Below, in pieces: positions 22,275 to 31,867 of a stretch of 64,000 nt of DNA. This stretch comes from Opitutales bacterium (lineage in GTDB: Bacteria; Verrucomicrobiota; Verrucomicrobiia; Opitutales; PNEW01), in the NCBI GenBank assembly GCA_965197745.1, contig CBDANS010000007.1, positions 448,001 through 512,000 on the forward strand, written 5' to 3'. Position 1 is the first letter of the stretch. Each line of letters starts with the position of its first letter. Position numbers and translations under genes: made by a program. The notes under the pieces are model-generated. The model was not told where the DNA came from, did not search any database, and saw only the letters and a list, made by a program, of their open reading frames with translations.

Positions 22275-22997
22275 TCAGTCCTTTCTACTGGCCTCTGAAT
22301 AGACAAAATAAAGATTGGTTCTCGGACCGGGCGTATTTTTTTTATCGCCCATATGAAGCACACACTCGCTGAATAAAACAACGTCACCAGCCTCACCCAC
22401 GGCACGCACCGAGCCAGGCAACTCAATACCCGGATACGACTTAAAATTTAGTTTTAAATTAGCTTTATGTGACCCGGGAACGAGAAGGAGGCACCCATCA
22501 TCCGGACCATTTCTTGAAAGGAACCAGCCGGTATTGACGGAGAGGCTGCGAATTATTCCGTCATTGAAACTATAGTCACTGGGTGTGTGCCCTGTGTGCC
22601 AACTGCTGAAGTGCGGCCCTTGAGAGTTAGCGATACCCCAGGAACCACGGTACTTCGGTTCTTTCATAAATTCCTGCAGGTAGGGGAGGATGCGCGGGTG
22701 ATTGACCAAGGTTCCAAAAAGCGGGTCTAATTCATCGAGACTGTTTAGCCGAACATAATGATCATCAATGTGTATGACTGATGATTTTCCCACGTCATTA
22801 GGATGCATTGTTTTCTTCTTTAAATAGGTAGTATCCAAGCCCCGGGCATCGATTTCATTGAATTTATCAAGCAGTGCGTTTACCTTTGCTTTGCTTAAAA
22901 CACCGCGAAGCACTAAAAAGCCCTGGGTATCAAAGTGAAAGCGATCTTCATCGGAGACCTTAACAGGAGCTTTTTTTGATGGAGTGGTGGCACTCAT
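22275..22997 (-). CDS. PhyH-family Fe(II)/2-oxoglutarate oxygenase with non-canonical HxG motif
   Basis: FDTQGFLVL, WHTG in place of WHxD, VPGSHK, AGDVVLFSECVLH, R at PRTN. Confidence 0.8.
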   Translation of the reverse strand: MSATTPSKKAPVKVSDEDRFHFDTQGFLVLRGVLSKAKVNALLDKFNEIDARGLDTTYLKKKTMHPNDVGKSSVIHIDDHYVRLNSLDELDPLFGTLVNHPRILPYLQEFMKEPKYRGSWGIANSQGPHFSSWHTGHTPSDYSFNDGIIRSLSVNTGWFLSRNGPDDGCLLLVPGSHKANLKLNFKSYPGIELPGSVRAVGEAGDVVLFSECVLHMGDKKNTPGPRTNLYFVYSEASRKD

Positions 22998-23172
22998 TTC
23001 GGTGAATTTAAGTATTTTGTGTTAACGTCCAAATGCTTTCATTTACCCTATTGATAAAGAGCTCAAACTAATCATTAATTACTTGAAATATATAGTCATT
23101 ATGATTTGTGCTAATCTACAGGTGTAATAATTTCATACTGCAATTAAAAACTGAATCTTATTCAATTCCATC

Positions 23173-24012
23173 ATGCAGAATAAAGCAGAATTTGATAAAC
23201 GTGATCTGTCATTTAAACCGGTGATTAACGACAGCCCTAAGTGTCTTACGGTTGAACAGATAAAATTTTATAACGAAAAAGGTTATATTATGCCCTTGCG
23301 GATTTTCTCTGACGAGGAGGTCATGAAAAACCGAATCTACCTTGATCATTTACTCGAGCTGCTGAAGAAGCGGATTGATGGTCGTGACACATATGCCATA
23401 AATGGTTACCAGGCAAGATGCGAAGGCATCTGGGATATCGCCATGGACTCCAGAATTCTCGATTACGTGGAAGATCTTATCGGTCCCAATATCATCGCCT
23501 GGGCCTCTCACTACTTTTGTAAAACCGCTCATGATAAAAAAATTGTTCCCTGGCATCAGGATGCGTCTTACTGGCCTATAAGCCCGGCACGCACGGTTAC
23601 TGCATGGCTGGCCATAGACGATGCAGACGAAGAAAACGCGGCTATGCAATTTATTCCCGGCACTCATAAACTGGGGCACCTCGAATGGAAAAAAGCCGAT
23701 AAACCTGCCGTCTTACATCAGGAGATACCAGAAATCACTCAGTATGGTAAGCCCGTATTAGTTAATTTAAAAGCTGGTGAAATTTCACTTCATGCAGACA
23801 TGATGGTACATGGTTCAACGCCGAACACTTCAAATCGTAGACGGTGCGGACTTACGATTCGCTATTGTCCCCCTGAAGTGAAATCTATAGATAGTAATTG
23901 GGCAGCAGCTTCCATCGTTTGTAGAGGGAAAGACAGTTTCAATCACTGGGCAGATAATCCCCGTCCCCCGGGTGATGATTTATCACCTGGTTCTAATTTT
24001 TGGCGCAAATAG
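23173..24012 (+). CDS. PhyH-family Fe(II)/2OG dioxygenase
   Basis: WHQDASYW, IPGTHK, HGS, RRCGLTIRY. Confidence 0.9.
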   Translation: MQNKAEFDKRDLSFKPVINDSPKCLTVEQIKFYNEKGYIMPLRIFSDEEVMKNRIYLDHLLELLKKRIDGRDTYAINGYQARCEGIWDIAMDSRILDYVEDLIGPNIIAWASHYFCKTAHDKKIVPWHQDASYWPISPARTVTAWLAIDDADEENAAMQFIPGTHKLGHLEWKKADKPAVLHQEIPEITQYGKPVLVNLKAGEISLHADMMVHGSTPNTSNRRRCGLTIRYCPPEVKSIDSNWAAASIVCRGKDSFNHWADNPRPPGDDLSPGSNFWRK

Positions 24013-24123
24013 GCGACGATCTGATACATTTGCGCCGACACTATAAATTGACAATCGAGGTGAAGCGTATCCAGATTCTTTTAGATTACACAAAGTTTAT
24101 CTTAATGAAATGAGAAACTACTG

Positions 24124-25221
24124 ATGGCTGATAACTCTATAACCATACTAGGTGGTGGGAATACAGCTTTCTCCGTAGCTGCCCGCTTAACATTGCAGGG
24201 ACATAAGATCACGCTCTATGAAATTCCTGCGTTTAAGGAGACACTGACACCGATTAAAGATGATGGGATGATTCAATTGCTCGGTGTGGCCGATGAGGGT
24301 AAGGCAAAGTTGCACCATACCACTTCAGATATTGAAGAAGCATTGTCGGATGCTACCCTCATTCTTCTCATTGTCCCCGCCTATGCCCATAAACCATTCG
24401 CTGAAGTCTGTATTCCCCATTTAAAATCGGGTCAGACCCTGGTTATTATGCCGGGCACCCTGGGAACCCTGGAATGGGCACAGATGCTCCGTGAGGCGGG
24501 TAAGGAGAGTTTAATTACCCTGGCAGAGGTCGACACCGCACCCTATGTCTGTCGAAAAACGGCACCCGACACAGCGACAATATGGGGGATAGTAGCGAGT
24601 CTTGGATTGGGGGTATTGCCTTCATCTGAAACGGACAAAGTCAAAGAAATGCTGGATCCTCTCTTTCCCGGAATTCAACCCTATCCGGATGTAATGGCCT
24701 GCGGGTTGGCCGCGATGAATCCGGTGGTTCACCCGGCGGGGGTATTAATGAATGCCGGACGTGTTGAGTACTCACGCGGTGAATTTTACTTTTATGAAGA
24801 GGGGGTATCCGTTTCAGTAGCGAAGGTTATCATGGAAGTAGATCGAGAGCGGTTGAAAATCGGTCAGGCCTTAGGTTATGAACTGAGTCCGGTCGATGAA
24901 GCGTTTCACGCGGCGGGATTTGGGCCAAAAGGTGACTTGTGGTCGACGATCAACGGTAGCTGGATGCTTACCCGGTTAAAAGCGCCCGGATCACTGGAGA
25001 GCAGATGGTTGACGGAAGATGTTCCTTACGGACTGGCTGCCTGGTCAACGGTAGGAGCACAATATGGTGTCGAGACACCGACGATGCAGGCAATGGTAAA
25101 TATTGGGTCCATTGTCATGGGATTTAATGCGTGGGAAAAGGGTCGCGGTGTTAAAGAATTGGGCATTGCTGAGGTGGGGAAGAATGAACTATCCGCGTTC
25201 TTAAAAAGCGGGAGCTGGTGA
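24124..25221 (+). CDS. NAD/NADP opine (octopine/nopaline) dehydrogenase family protein
   Basis: ILGGGN Rossmann motif, NPVVHP, FYFYEEG, RWLTEDVPYGL. Confidence 0.88.
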   Translation: MADNSITILGGGNTAFSVAARLTLQGHKITLYEIPAFKETLTPIKDDGMIQLLGVADEGKAKLHHTTSDIEEALSDATLILLIVPAYAHKPFAEVCIPHLKSGQTLVIMPGTLGTLEWAQMLREAGKESLITLAEVDTAPYVCRKTAPDTATIWGIVASLGLGVLPSSETDKVKEMLDPLFPGIQPYPDVMACGLAAMNPVVHPAGVLMNAGRVEYSRGEFYFYEEGVSVSVAKVIMEVDRERLKIGQALGYELSPVDEAFHAAGFGPKGDLWSTINGSWMLTRLKAPGSLESRWLTEDVPYGLAAWSTVGAQYGVETPTMQAMVNIGSIVMGFNAWEKGRGVKELGIAEVGKNELSAFLKSGSW

Positions 25222-25238
25222 GAGAGAATTAGATTTGG

Positions 25239-26180
25239 ATGAAAGCGGTTCAGTACAAACGCTACGGTGACCTTTCTCAACTTGAGCAAGTCGAGATTGA
25301 CAAACCCAAACTTTCCGCTTCCCAAGTTTTGGTAAAAGTAGAAGCATCGGCTGTAAATCCTATTGATTGGAAACTTCTCAGCGGCAATTTTCGTTATGTC
25401 ATGCCTTTAGAGTTTCCCGTGATACCCGGCTTTGACCTGGCCGGAGAAATAGTGGAAGTGGGGGCTGTGGTCACAAAGTTCAAGAATGGTGACAGGATAT
25501 ACGCCTGTCAGGATATTAAACAAATTGGCACGGCTGCCGAGTTTACGGTGGTGGAGGAAAATCTTGCTGACCGGATACCAGAAGGGTTGGGCGCCGGTGA
25601 AGCTGCCGGGATACCACTTGCCGGAATGACCGCACTTCAGGGGTTACGTAACTGCGGTGGATTGAATGCCGGAGAGCGCGTTCTCATCATAGGAGGATCC
25701 GGCGGGGTAGGGCATTACGCCATACAGATAGCCAGGGCGATAGACATTCATGTCACAGCAGTTTGCAGTACCGGGAATGTGGAGATGGTGCGCGAATTAG
25801 GCGCAGACACGGTGATCGATTATAATAAACAATCAAATTTTACCACAGGCACTAATTTTGATGTAGTCTTGGACTGCGTAGTAAACTCGCCGTTTAAAGT
25901 TTTCGCAGCAGTGATGCAACCTGATGCGGTTTACGTTCCGGCACTTCCCAATTTTTCATTTATGATAAGGTCTTACCTGATGCCATTATACACGAAGCGC
26001 AGGGTAAGACCAGTGATGCTGAAAACCAATGGTAAAGACTTGAATTACTTGTCAAATTTAGTAAGAGAAGGAAAGTTGCGTACGATCATTGATAGCTCGT
26101 TTTCTTTGAGCGAGCTTCGCACCGCATATGAGCGAAATCAGACAGGGCGAACGCGGGGTAAAATCATTATCAATATATAA
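25239..26180 (+). CDS. MDR-family NAD(P)-dependent oxidoreductase (quinone reductase-like, zinc-free)
   Basis: VNPIDWK, PGFDLAG, GGSGGVG, GRTRGKIII. Confidence 0.9.
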   Translation: MKAVQYKRYGDLSQLEQVEIDKPKLSASQVLVKVEASAVNPIDWKLLSGNFRYVMPLEFPVIPGFDLAGEIVEVGAVVTKFKNGDRIYACQDIKQIGTAAEFTVVEENLADRIPEGLGAGEAAGIPLAGMTALQGLRNCGGLNAGERVLIIGGSGGVGHYAIQIARAIDIHVTAVCSTGNVEMVRELGADTVIDYNKQSNFTTGTNFDVVLDCVVNSPFKVFAAVMQPDAVYVPALPNFSFMIRSYLMPLYTKRRVRPVMLKTNGKDLNYLSNLVREGKLRTIIDSSFSLSELRTAYERNQTGRTRGKIIINI

Positions 26181-26194
26181 AAATAAATTAATTA

Positions 26195-27034
26195 ATGAAA
26201 ACGCTTGAAGAGCACTATGTAGAATTTAAAGAAAACGGCTTTACCATTCTCCCGAAAGTCTTTGATCAGGCGCAAATGGATGAGTGGATTTCTTTGTATT
26301 CAAACCTGGTCAAGCGCCAGACTCCACCCGGCGCGGAGGAAGCGGTGGGTTGGCTTAGAAGTGTTGTCGAATATGAACCCCAGGCAATGCTGCCGGCAGT
26401 TGCCAACGAAAAGATTCTTGATTTTGCGGAAATGGTAATGGGGCCATTCGTACAACTCGATAATCTAACTTTTATGGCTTTTCCTTCCCTACCCAAGGAA
26501 GAGGCCAATGGAAAAGTCAGTGGTTGGCACCGCGATCAGTGGTCATCTTTTCCGCTCGGGAACGATTATATCTGGACCAAAGCCTGTAACGCGATCTGCT
26601 ATTTACAGGATTTAACCGATGATAACGGTCCACTCCGTGTTATACCCGGATCCCATCGCGCGCCTCTCTCAATTGAAGAAGATAATTGCCAAAGGCAACA
26701 TCCCGATGAAAAGGTTTTTTATCCCCGTGCAGGTGACGTCGTATTTACCCACTGTAGCGTTTTGCATTCCGGTACGCCGAATATCTCAGGCAAATTACGC
26801 TATTTTTTCAGTATCTATTATAATCTCAGCTGGCTGCGCCACCGGGACAATCATTCAGGACCCAATGTGGCAAATATTATCGAGATGGCGCGCGAAAAAA
26901 ACGACAGGCGACTGCTGCGGCTATTTGGAATCGATGAACTCGTTTATCCGAGATCTAACTGGGGCTTTCGCCAACCGGACAACGAGAAGTGGGAGCAATG
27001 GATTAAAGAAGACCGCGAAGCACTAAATAAATAA
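26195..27034 (+). CDS. PhyH-family Fe(II)/2OG dioxygenase
   Basis: WHRD, IPGSHR, AGDVVFTHCSVLHSG. Confidence 0.88.
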   Translation: MKTLEEHYVEFKENGFTILPKVFDQAQMDEWISLYSNLVKRQTPPGAEEAVGWLRSVVEYEPQAMLPAVANEKILDFAEMVMGPFVQLDNLTFMAFPSLPKEEANGKVSGWHRDQWSSFPLGNDYIWTKACNAICYLQDLTDDNGPLRVIPGSHRAPLSIEEDNCQRQHPDEKVFYPRAGDVVFTHCSVLHSGTPNISGKLRYFFSIYYNLSWLRHRDNHSGPNVANIIEMAREKNDRRLLRLFGIDELVYPRSNWGFRQPDNEKWEQWIKEDREALNK

Positions 27035-27078
27035 ACGTACTTTTAGCAGGGAAGCTTTGAATCCGTCATCAACCCGAG

Positions 27079-27840
27079 TTAGTAAAGATCAGGTTGAATC
27101 TGCCCGTCTTTTATAAACAGTTTGTTAGCATCTACGGCATGCCCCCCGGGCATGGGAGAGGCGGTATATTGGGCGAGGTAAACCCGACGTTTTTTTCCGG
27201 TTGGATTAGCGCCACTGCGATGAAAAGTGAGGCTTGAAAATACGGCAATGCTGCCGGCGGGTGCGATCACCGGTTCACCCGGATCATCGCCAAAATAACC
27301 AATCCTGTCATTGCTGCCCTCTTCAAGAATATGCTCTGCTAATTTTTTTTCACCATAGCGACTCATGGGTAAAAGATAGACAGTGCCATTATCTTCGCTG
27401 ACATCATCGAGAGTGCACCAGCAGGAAAGCACTTCGGGGTGATCGCCGAGCCGGGCCTGGGCATAGCCAGAATCCTGGTGCCAACTGAACTTCATGCCCG
27501 TTTTATCGAATTTCACTACGTATTGATCGCTCTTGTAGTAAATTTCATCACCGAAGACAGCACGAGTGATACTGGCCATCAGGTCGCTGAAAATAAATTC
27601 ACGTATGCGGGGATGATTGGGCTCGGCCTTCATAAAATATCGCTTACCGCGATGATTGATCCCTATCACATCGGTTCCTTGTCGGTCCATTTCCGCATCA
27701 GTTTCTTCGATTGCCGACTGACATACTTCTCGCAACAATGTGACGTGCTCATCCGGAATAACGGATTCGAGGATGAAATACGCGTCCTTTTTAAACTGAT
27801 CGATTTTTTCTTGCGGTATATTAATGGTGGTAGATTGCAT
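27079..27840 (-). CDS. PhyH-family Fe(II)/2OG dioxygenase
   Basis: WHQDSGY, LDDVSEDNG, FHRSGAN, RRVYLAQY. Confidence 0.9.
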   Translation of the reverse strand: MQSTTINIPQEKIDQFKKDAYFILESVIPDEHVTLLREVCQSAIEETDAEMDRQGTDVIGINHRGKRYFMKAEPNHPRIREFIFSDLMASITRAVFGDEIYYKSDQYVVKFDKTGMKFSWHQDSGYAQARLGDHPEVLSCWCTLDDVSEDNGTVYLLPMSRYGEKKLAEHILEEGSNDRIGYFGDDPGEPVIAPAGSIAVFSSLTFHRSGANPTGKKRRVYLAQYTASPMPGGHAVDANKLFIKDGQIQPDLY

Positions 27841-27930
27841 ATCAATTAATGAAATATATGTTACTATGCATAAAGTATTATTATTTATAGGCTGTTAGTC
27901 AATTCAGTCTTTGAATTGGGGCTTTAATTC

Positions 27931-29193
27931 ATGATGAATAAATCAATTATTTTACTGTCTCTATTTCCCCTATTAACCACTATTATTATGGTAACCGAAG
28001 CCAATAATGACGCGTTAATGGACGAACCCTTTTTTGAAGTCAAAGATCTGATGCTTGCTGAAGGAGAAGTAGCCGCCTATGGCCTTCCCCTGATCACCGT
28101 TACGGCGAGGGGAACGATACTCGTCAGCAGTAATGCCCGCGTCGGGGACCGCCACGATGCGGGCAATGTTCAGTACGGGGTGCTATTAAGAAGTACGGAC
28201 AATGGTGAAACCTGGATGAAGGAAAAGTTAGATGCTCTTCCACAAGACATTGTCACCGATAAGGAGACGAATAAAATAATGCTATTCATCCCCGAGAGTT
28301 CTGCACTACTACGTCCTGATGGAAAGCGAATGAATGAAAAGTGGGCGGTTGAGAATCCTCCCGAAGAAGCGAGGGCGATTTGGCAATATGAAAGTATTGA
28401 TGACGGAATCAGTTGGGAGAAGGGGCAAAATATTACCCCGATGTTGCAGAAGAAAAAATATACGCATGTGGGGGGACCCAACTATGCGAGCGGAATTCAA
28501 TTGCAGTATGGTAAGCACAAGGGTCGATTGATTCTACCTGGGCGAACGTATACAAAAAATATCTTTGAATTCCAGTACAGCCGAAACACCTTGATTTACA
28601 GTGATGATCACGGGAATACCTGGAAGGGTGGAGGGTTGAGCCAGTTAGCTTGTGGTGAAGCTTGCGCCGTGGAATTGTCTGACGGCAGCTTATATCTTAA
28701 TAATCGCAATGAGGCCGGTCGCGTTTACCGTAATAAGAAAAATCCAGACGCCGTTCATTTACTTAACGGGAGAAGCGCTACTGTCCGCTGCTACTCCATC
28801 AGCAGGGACGGAGGAGAAACATTCACTGAATTTGGTGAGATCGACGAGTTTATCCATGCTACCTGTCACGGGGGGATGGCACGTCTCACTGATCGTGTCT
28901 ACGGCAACGTTTTAATGTTTTCCAATCCGGGCACGACAATGGGGCTGAATAAGGCGACGGGCGAAAGGCACCACTTAACGGTGTGGGCGAGTATGGATGA
29001 AGGAAAGACCTGGCCGATCACCAAAGTTATCAACGAAGGACCATCTGCTTACTCCTGTATGGCTGTAGGCATAGACGGTATGATTTTTGTTGCCTTTGAA
29101 CGGGGACCCGAAAATGCGCGCACAAACACGGCAGTGGCCAGATTTAACCTGGCATGGTTAATGGAGAATGTAGACTCGGCTGGTGTAAAATAA
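27931..29193 (+). CDS. Secreted sialidase-like (GH33/BNR Asp-box) beta-propeller protein
   Basis: Signal peptide; Asp boxes STDNGETW, SIDDGISW, SDDHGNTW, SRDGGETF, SMDEGKTW; SAYS nucleophile motif. Confidence 0.82.
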   Translation: MMNKSIILLSLFPLLTTIIMVTEANNDALMDEPFFEVKDLMLAEGEVAAYGLPLITVTARGTILVSSNARVGDRHDAGNVQYGVLLRSTDNGETWMKEKLDALPQDIVTDKETNKIMLFIPESSALLRPDGKRMNEKWAVENPPEEARAIWQYESIDDGISWEKGQNITPMLQKKKYTHVGGPNYASGIQLQYGKHKGRLILPGRTYTKNIFEFQYSRNTLIYSDDHGNTWKGGGLSQLACGEACAVELSDGSLYLNNRNEAGRVYRNKKNPDAVHLLNGRSATVRCYSISRDGGETFTEFGEIDEFIHATCHGGMARLTDRVYGNVLMFSNPGTTMGLNKATGERHHLTVWASMDEGKTWPITKVINEGPSAYSCMAVGIDGMIFVAFERGPENARTNTAVARFNLAWLMENVDSAGVK

Positions 29194-29200
29194 AGGAGCT

Positions 29201-30388
29201 ATGTCATATCAGAGAATAGGAGGCCACCCGGTGTGGGGAGAGCCCTTGCAGAATGCAGTTGATCAAATTGAAAACTGCGCGAGGGAGGCGGCGTATGTTG
29301 CCTTGATGGCGGACCATCACCTGGGTTATGCGGTGCCCATTGGCGGCGTTGTCGCCTACGAAGGTCGGGTTAGTCCATCCGGTGTTGGTTACGATATATC
29401 ATGCGGGAACAAAGCGGTTCGCCTTGATGTGGAGGCTAAAGAAATCACCGCGAACATTTCCAAAATCATGGATGATATATGGCGCTCCCTATCCTTTGGG
29501 GTTGGGCGTAAAAACAAAGAACGCGTTGATCACGATCTTTTTTATGATGATCCAGCCTGGAGTATTGAGATTGCGGCAAGTTTGAAGCAATTAGCACGTG
29601 ATCAATTAGGAACTATAGGATCGGGAAATCATTTCGTGGATATCTTCATAGATGAAGAGGAAAGGGTATGGTGTGGCGTTCATTTTGGATCCCGCGGACT
29701 GGGGCATAAAATCGCCACTTATTACATAAAAGCCGGTGGTGGAAAAGATGGGATCAATGTCGATCCCGTGCTCCTGGAGGAGAAATCACAACTGGGTAAA
29801 GAATACATTGCCTGTATGGAGCTGGCTGGACGTTATGCCTATGCCGGGCGAGACTGGGTATGTAATAAAGTAGCATCTATCCTGGGTGCTGAAATTATGG
29901 AAGAAGTTCATAACCATCATAATTTCGCCTGGGAAGAAATGCACGGGGGTCAGAAATATTGGGTGGTTCGCAAAGGCGCTACACCGGCGTGGCCGGGGCA
30001 AAAGGGTTTTGTTGGTGGTACCATGGGAGAAATTTCTGTGATCATCGAAGGGGTAGAGTCCGATGAAAGTAAAATCGCGATGTACTCCACGGTGCATGGC
30101 GCGGGGCGGGTCCTTTCACGGACACAGGCAGCGGGTAGAAGAAAATGGAGAAAGAAAAAATCGACGCGCCCATCAGAGGGAATGATCAGCAAAGAGATGA
30201 TGCATACCTGGGTGAAAAAAGCAGGTGTTGAATTGCGAGGCGCGGGAACCGATGAATCGCCCCATTGCTACAAGCGGTTAGAGGAAGTGCTGGGTTACCA
30301 CGAAAATACAATTAAAGTAGTTCACAAGTTGAAACCTATTGGTGTGGCAATGGCGGGTGAAAATGAGTTTGACCCGTTTAGAGACTGA
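29201..30388 (+). CDS. rtcB: RtcB-family RNA ligase
   Basis: DHHLGY, GYDISCG, GSGNHF, HNHHNFAW, HGAGR, DESP. Confidence 0.93.
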   Translation: MSYQRIGGHPVWGEPLQNAVDQIENCAREAAYVALMADHHLGYAVPIGGVVAYEGRVSPSGVGYDISCGNKAVRLDVEAKEITANISKIMDDIWRSLSFGVGRKNKERVDHDLFYDDPAWSIEIAASLKQLARDQLGTIGSGNHFVDIFIDEEERVWCGVHFGSRGLGHKIATYYIKAGGGKDGINVDPVLLEEKSQLGKEYIACMELAGRYAYAGRDWVCNKVASILGAEIMEEVHNHHNFAWEEMHGGQKYWVVRKGATPAWPGQKGFVGGTMGEISVIIEGVESDESKIAMYSTVHGAGRVLSRTQAAGRRKWRKKKSTRPSEGMISKEMMHTWVKKAGVELRGAGTDESPHCYKRLEEVLGYHENTIKVVHKLKPIGVAMAGENEFDPFRD

Positions 30389-30428
30389 CCCGTATCTTGG
30401 TTTTGATCAGTGAATAGGGTGTCACGAA

Positions 30429-31001
30429 ATGAAAAAATCCGGAAAATTATCGTTTACCTTTATCGTCGTAATCATCGTAGTTTATATCGTCTTTCGCGTT
30501 TCAGGATTCATTGATGCTCCTGAATCCTGGCCTACTTATACTTCAATGGACGGCGGCTTTTCTATCCTTACTCCTGGAAGTTTACAAACTTCTGACTTGA
30601 AAGTGCCTACAATCTACGGAGACCTGAATTTCAAAGTTCACTCTATAAAATTTGTAAAGACGGTTTACAAGGTAGCGTATTCTCATGTGCCTATAGAAGT
30701 TCGGGAAGGTTTCTCGGATAATGATCTCCTCGGGATGGAGATGCTGTTTCTCGCCCAGGATGGATACCATTTAGGAGAAAACAACAGTTCACCCTGGGAG
30801 GGTCACCCTTCAGTTTACAGTGAATGGGATTCGACAGGTAGAACCTATCGGCTCATCAACCGAATTATTCTCGCGAATGATCGTCTCTATCGAGTGACTG
30901 TCCTCGTAGAAAACAATGCCCTTGAATCCGAACGCCCCTATTTTGAAAAGTTTTTAAATTCCTTTAAACTCACCGCCGAAAAGACAGGTGGCGGCTATTA
31001 G
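30429..31001 (+). CDS. Hypothetical membrane-anchored protein
   Basis: N-terminal TM helix; W..Y.S.DGGFSI..PG...FLNSFKL pattern. Confidence 0.55.
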   Translation: MKKSGKLSFTFIVVIIVVYIVFRVSGFIDAPESWPTYTSMDGGFSILTPGSLQTSDLKVPTIYGDLNFKVHSIKFVKTVYKVAYSHVPIEVREGFSDNDLLGMEMLFLAQDGYHLGENNSSPWEGHPSVYSEWDSTGRTYRLINRIILANDRLYRVTVLVENNALESERPYFEKFLNSFKLTAEKTGGGY

Positions 31002-31005
31002 GATT

Positions 31006-31782
31006 TTATTCTTCCCAGGGATAATTTTCCGCGCAACCGGTGGGTTTCCAGCCCAGTATTTCTTTTGTGTGATCAGTGGACCGCCAGCGGTACCTGTTTT
31101 CGGAAATAGCGTCGAAGATATCAAACATCAGATCATCCGGGGCGCTGAGACACTTGTCGATCACCTGCAGGCAATCTGATTGTGAGAGATACCCGGGGTA
31201 TTGTCGGCGCAATTGAGGTCTGTCATTATCGTTCACCGCGCCGAGACGTATGACAAGCGTAGAGATTTCATGTTTGTCCACGTAAAATTGCCCCAGATTT
31301 TCACCAAAGATTTTACCGATAGCGTAGGGTGAATCGGGACGCACGGGCCAGGTTCGGTCCACCATTTCCCAGCTTTCAGGAATATCATCATCCGGTCCGT
31401 TGGCCAGGGTGCCGTAGGGATAGTCATCAACCCACTCATAGCCGAGCTGGGTACAGCCGCTGCTCATGTGGACTATTCGTTTAACCCCGGCTTCACGCGC
31501 TGCCTCGTAAACATTCAAGGTGCCCTGGACTGTAATGGCCATGGTGGCGCTCCAGTCATCGGTCAGTCCATAGGTAGCTGCCGCGAGATGAAGGACGCTG
31601 TGAATGCCATTGAAGGCAGATTTAATCGCTTCCGCGTCACTGATATCGGCTTGCAGGTTGGGAATTCCCTCAACCTCGCGTCGGTTCAAGCCGCTGAATT
31701 CATATTTATCACTGAGGTTTTTTAAGACCAGGCTACCAATCAGTCCGCTCGCTCCCGTAACTAACACTTTTTTCTTATCCAT
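31006..31782 (-). CDS. NAD-dependent epimerase/dehydratase (uronate dehydrogenase-like)
   Basis: TGASGLIG, HLAA, PDSPYAIGK (YxxxK). Confidence 0.85.
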   Translation of the reverse strand: MDKKKVLVTGASGLIGSLVLKNLSDKYEFSGLNRREVEGIPNLQADISDAEAIKSAFNGIHSVLHLAAATYGLTDDWSATMAITVQGTLNVYEAAREAGVKRIVHMSSGCTQLGYEWVDDYPYGTLANGPDDDIPESWEMVDRTWPVRPDSPYAIGKIFGENLGQFYVDKHEISTLVIRLGAVNDNDRPQLRRQYPGYLSQSDCLQVIDKCLSAPDDLMFDIFDAISENRYRWRSTDHTKEILGWKPTGCAENYPWEE

Positions 31783-31867
31783 AATTTTAATTTTAAGTTC
31801 ACGTATACATCTACATTTTCAAAATCTGCATACTGATTCCAATTTCATAATTCTTAATTCACAATTT

